Source: Escherichia phage 215Ecol030PP
Direction: 5' to 3' (one strand)
Sequence record: PP328843.1
DNA length: 64,000 nt
This document shows positions 61,240 through 64,000 of the stretch, one piece after another. Every line of letters begins with the position of its first letter. The stretch's first letter is position 1. Made by a program: the position numbers and the translations under genes. Below the pieces are notes generated by a model, which worked only from the letters and a program-made list of their open reading frames with translations, made no database searches and was not told the origin of the DNA.

Positions 61240-61467
61240 TCATTTCGGTTTACCTTCTTTAACGAAATCTGGATAAGGATAAAATCCCGAATAAAATCCT
61301 TCACCTTTATGATTGATGCATCCTTTATTAGAACAATAGCACCAATAATCGAAATCACAAGCCATTTCATCATTACATAAAGCAAAAACAACAGGCCATT
61401 TACACTTTTCACAATGGGCATTTTTAAGAATACTAGTTTGGCTCATAACCATGTAACCTTTAAGCAA
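61240..61467 (-). CDS. Cys-rich (probable zinc-binding) small protein, up to 75 aa
   Basis: CEKC...CNDEMAC...CYC...C pattern. Confidence 0.5.
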   Translation of the reverse strand: MLKGYMVMSQTSILKNAHCEKCKWPVVFALCNDEMACDFDYWCYCSNKGCINHKGEGFYSGFYPYPDFVKEGKPK

Positions 61468-61655
61468 TATTCTTCTACATGTTGTTTACGACCTTTCTTA
61501 TCAATAAAGGTATATTCAACGAATGTTCCAATGTAGTCTTTATCTACATCATGTGGACTATTAATTGGACATTTAGTACGGCAAATGCGTTCCCATTGAC
61601 GAATAATTTCCACTTTGTTTTTAGGATCAAACGGATGTGGGTAATGTACTTTCAT
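61443..61655 (-). CDS. hypothetical protein, 70 aa
   Basis: ORF in gene train. Confidence 0.5.
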   Translation of the reverse strand: MKVHYPHPFDPKNKVEIIRQWERICRTKCPINSPHDVDKDYIGTFVEYTFIDKKGRKQHVEEYCLKVTWL

Positions 61656-62106
61656 AATCCACCACTATTAAATCAATATCAGGAGTAAACATGTCGATTA
61701 ATTTAGAAACCTTATCCCAATCGCCGCCAGCAATACCACAACCTATGCGTGGAATGTAAATTACTGGTTTAAACAAAAGGGTTTCTGCCTGTAGATTTAA
61801 TTCTATCATGCAGTTTACTAAAGCACCATAATCAAGATTAGGACCTGGTTCGTATTGCGTATACAGGTTATAGCATATACCAAAACCATTAGGTTTATGT
61901 TTAAAAACAATAGACATATCGCCTAATTTATCACGAGAACCGTACTCAGTAGTGGTTTTATCTATTTCTAAAATTTTGGGATAGGCTCTTGCTAATTGAC
62001 CAGCTACACCTGAACCCATAGTATGAAAACAATTGCACCCGTGCGCAATAATATTACCTTGAAGAAATAGGGCGACAATATCGCCCTTGATATATTTTAC
62101 AATCAT
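61627..62106 (-). CDS. macro-domain-like protein (candidate ADP-ribose binding/hydrolase), 159 aa
   Basis: N-terminal AHGCNCFHTMGSGVAGQLARAYP and C-terminal PRIGCGIAGGDW resemble macro-domain glycine-rich loops; motif-level inference only. Confidence 0.45.
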   Translation of the reverse strand: MIVKYIKGDIVALFLQGNIIAHGCNCFHTMGSGVAGQLARAYPKILEIDKTTTEYGSRDKLGDMSIVFKHKPNGFGICYNLYTQYEPGPNLDYGALVNCMIELNLQAETLLFKPVIYIPRIGCGIAGGDWDKVSKLIDMFTPDIDLIVVDYESTLPTSV

Positions 62107-62444
62107 CTAGTACTCAATCCTCGATTATAAGAATCTACCAAACGGTCAACCATTGAATGACAAGCGGCTTTATCTTTCTCCTCCGCAACTGAACATTCTA
62201 AGGTATTCCACTTTTTAGCATATCGTTTTAATAAAGTATCATTTTTGTATCTGCTTGATTTATCTCTTTCTCCGTCTTTATATGCATATATTAATTTCTG
62301 CGCAAATTCAGCTTGGCATGCTTTATTTTTCCCGCAATAATCCGCTGCAGTACGGTTTACATACTCTCTAATTTCAGTATATGATGTATCTGCTAACGCA
62401 GAAAATGAAATTAATCCTATACATAAAACCAAAATTTTAGTCAT
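62103..62444 (-). CDS. secreted protein (Vs position), 113 aa
   Basis: Signal peptide MTKILVLCIGLISFSALA; four Cys in mature part. Confidence 0.55.
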   Translation of the reverse strand: MTKILVLCIGLISFSALADTSYTEIREYVNRTAADYCGKNKACQAEFAQKLIYAYKDGERDKSSRYKNDTLLKRYAKKWNTLECSVAEEKDKAACHSMVDRLVDSYNRGLSTR

Positions 62445-62982
62445 TTACTATTTCCAAAAGTTTATTATTTTTAAGGTAATTAGCCTTTTCTAGGACTTCA
62501 GAAGCATATTTAGAACCAGCTTTAACATTCCATCCCGAATTATAAGAGGATATTGCTTTTCTTATATCGCCCTTATGTATATTTAACCAATAAGAAAGTT
62601 CAATGTACGCCCAGGAAGCTGAATTGGATCGTTTATTCAACATTCTTTTTATTTCAGCATCGGTCATATTATAACCAAGTTCCTTAACTCTTGCTCGCAT
62701 AGTAGGCAAATAATTTTGGAACATTCCATAAGCGTGATGCTTTGGTTTAGATTTTAAATTAACTCCGCCAGAGCTTTCTTGCCATAAAATAGCAGCCATT
62801 ATATGACCTAATCCGCTCTTGTGGATATTTTTGTGTGTTTTATATTTTCCATCCTTAGAAAATTGTTCCCCGAATTGATACGCGTAACGCATGTTATCGA
62901 GTTGGACATTACTGAAAGTATGCTCGGAGCTATGTGCCATCATTGAAATGGCCAATAGACCAGCGAGTAGTGCTTTTCTCAT
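62437..62982 (-). CDS. secreted lytic-transglycosylase-like protein (SLT domain), 181 aa
   Basis: Signal peptide; SLT motifs ES (WQESSGG), AYGMFQ (GLMQ-like), SYNSGW (AYNxG-like). Confidence 0.6.
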   Translation of the reverse strand: MRKALLAGLLAISMMAHSSEHTFSNVQLDNMRYAYQFGEQFSKDGKYKTHKNIHKSGLGHIMAAILWQESSGGVNLKSKPKHHAYGMFQNYLPTMRARVKELGYNMTDAEIKRMLNKRSNSASWAYIELSYWLNIHKGDIRKAISSYNSGWNVKAGSKYASEVLEKANYLKNNKLLEIVND

Positions 62983-62989
62983 GTTTACC

Positions 62990-63451
62990 TCATTGAGTTT
63001 TAATTACTGCTTTAGAAGCCTTTCCTGGTAAACGACGACTGTTGATAATTGCCATCCTACATTGAAGTGACGGGTCTTTGAACTTCGCGTTAGGTTTACA
63101 AACTGTAAATCCAAGCCAAAGATTTCCATCTGTGATTTCTAAACGTCCAGGACGATATTCAACTCCATCAATAAAATCCTCATCAATGTCAGGACGCGGA
63201 GGCATACTCAGGAATTCATTAACTTCTAAAACATGGTCTTTTATTTTATGGAATAATTCAAAAACGTATGTCTCATCAATCTCCCGTTGAATTGCGCGAT
63301 CAAGAAGATGTTGAGAATATTTTAGATGAAACGATGAGACTCCTGCTGCTTTTGATGCCTCACGAATCTCATTGTTAATTTGACGAAACTCCGACTCAAA
63401 GTGACGACGAAGCTTATTTCGACGGATAAAAACTTCTGTATTGATAGTCAT
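62990..63451 (-). CDS. regB: RegB sequence-specific endoribonuclease, 153 aa
   Basis: Sequence MTINTEVFIRRNKLRRHFESEF... recognised as T4 RegB; ATG at 63449-63451. Confidence 0.9.
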   Translation of the reverse strand: MTINTEVFIRRNKLRRHFESEFRQINNEIREASKAAGVSSFHLKYSQHLLDRAIQREIDETYVFELFHKIKDHVLEVNEFLSMPPRPDIDEDFIDGVEYRPGRLEITDGNLWLGFTVCKPNAKFKDPSLQCRMAIINSRRLPGKASKAVIKTQ

Positions 63452-63470
63452 GTTATTCTCCTCTTAACTG

Positions 63471-63508
63471 ATAGAAAAATTATACCACAGTCAAGAGGAA
63501 AAGTAAAC
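63471..63508 (-). promoter_or_regulatory. T4-type early promoter for regB
   Basis: Plus strand attataccac ... gtaaac (63503-63508). Confidence 0.5.
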
Positions 63509-63510
63509 AG

Positions 63511-63789
63511 TTATTCTTTAAATCTAATCAATTTATTCATAGACTTTGAAACTTCTGCACGAACCTCATGTAGATTTTTGAGCTGTTCAAGACGCTGCTC
63601 ATAGTAAGCAATTTCATCTTCTTCGAGACAGTCCTGTGAATCTTCTTTAAGATAACGTGCATAGTCCTGGAAAGCGTTACGAACTACTTCTTGGAAGTCA
63701 TCAAGACTTTGAATTTTCTTAGGAGCAACAGATACACGACGAGGGGCAGTATAATACTCATAACCAAACCCTGCGCTTAATTGAGCCAT
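63511..63789 (-). CDS. hypothetical acidic helical protein, about 92 aa
   Basis: ATG at 63787-63789 with GAGGAAA SD (track ORF extends to 63831). Confidence 0.55.
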   Translation of the reverse strand: MAQLSAGFGYEYYTAPRRVSVAPKKIQSLDDFQEVVRNAFQDYARYLKEDSQDCLEEDEIAYYEQRLEQLKNLHEVRAEVSKSMNKLIRFKE

Positions 63790-64000
63790 TAATATTTTTC
63801 CTCTGGTTGGAACACAGCACGACAAGCCCACATACTGGCTTCTTTGAGTTTCGTTTTAGCAATAGTTAACTGATCAAGACTTTCAGCATAATTCTTCGCG
63901 AATTCACAGTCTTCACAATTATCTAGTGCTTCCCAGAATTCATCATATAAAGCATCAAAGATAAGTCCTAAACGAACTTCAGCGTCTTTGATAGCATTCA
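63789..64000 (-). CDS. hypothetical protein, C-terminal 70 codons only (5' end beyond the window)
   Basis: Open frame from the window edge to TAA at 63789-63791, overlapping the downstream ATG (TAATG); C-terminus ...[18 protein letters not shown]. Confidence 0.45.
   Translation of the reverse strand, partial: NAIKDAEVRLGLIFDALYDEFWEALDNCEDCEFAKNYAESLDQLTIAKTKLKEASMWACRAVFQPEEKY

Noticed and set aside
61236-61421. 61-aa ORF overlapping the Cys-rich ORF 61240-61467
   Set aside because: Alternative frame of the same segment; the Cys-rich frame has the more protein-like composition and fits the gene spacing

Overview
The window is a contiguous 64 kb block of a T4-like (T-even, Tequatrovirus-type) myovirus genome, running from rIIA at the window start through the early/middle replication, recombination and nucleotide-metabolism clusters to regB and two small ORFs beyond it. 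About 115 protein genes form an almost unbroken minus-strand gene train; only one plus-strand ORF looks credible. Confidently recognised genes include rIIA, topoisomerase II (39 and 60), dexA, dda, modA/modB, soc, gene 56, dam, primase 61, sp, dmd, helicase 41, uvsX, gene 42, imm, DNA polymerase 43, regA, clamp loader 62/44, clamp 45, rpbA, 46/47, alpha-glucosyltransferase, sigma factor 55, nrdH, nrdG, nrdD, endonuclease VII (49), nrdC, rI, tk and regB. Functional calls rest on my reading of the translated ORFs and recalled T4 biology; no database search was run. No rRNA, tRNA or CRISPR array was found. The most notable features are: (1) the gene 60 50-nt programmed translational bypass with its UUCG take-off hairpin, next to an intact mobA HNH endonuclease that splits the topoisomerase gene; (2) a 479-nt group I intron in nrdD whose homing endonuclease gene is reduced to a promoter, start codon and out-of-frame C-terminal fragment; (3) six free-standing homing endonuclease genes (mobA, mobB, mobC, segA, segF and one extra Seg-like gene); (4) a GT-A type glycosyltransferase plus the extra Seg-like gene where reference T4 carries beta-glucosyltransferase; (5) families of early promoters, some embedded in perfect inverted repeats, and UUCG-tetraloop terminators. 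I found nothing that I can defend as a wholly undescribed system; the best candidates for follow-up are the modification-locus swap, the gutted intron endonuclease, and an uncharacterised P-loop ATPase / nucleotidyltransferase cluster. Many start codons in the supplied ORF track are TTG/GTG upstream extensions; where an ATG with a Shine-Dalgarno match was visible I used it.
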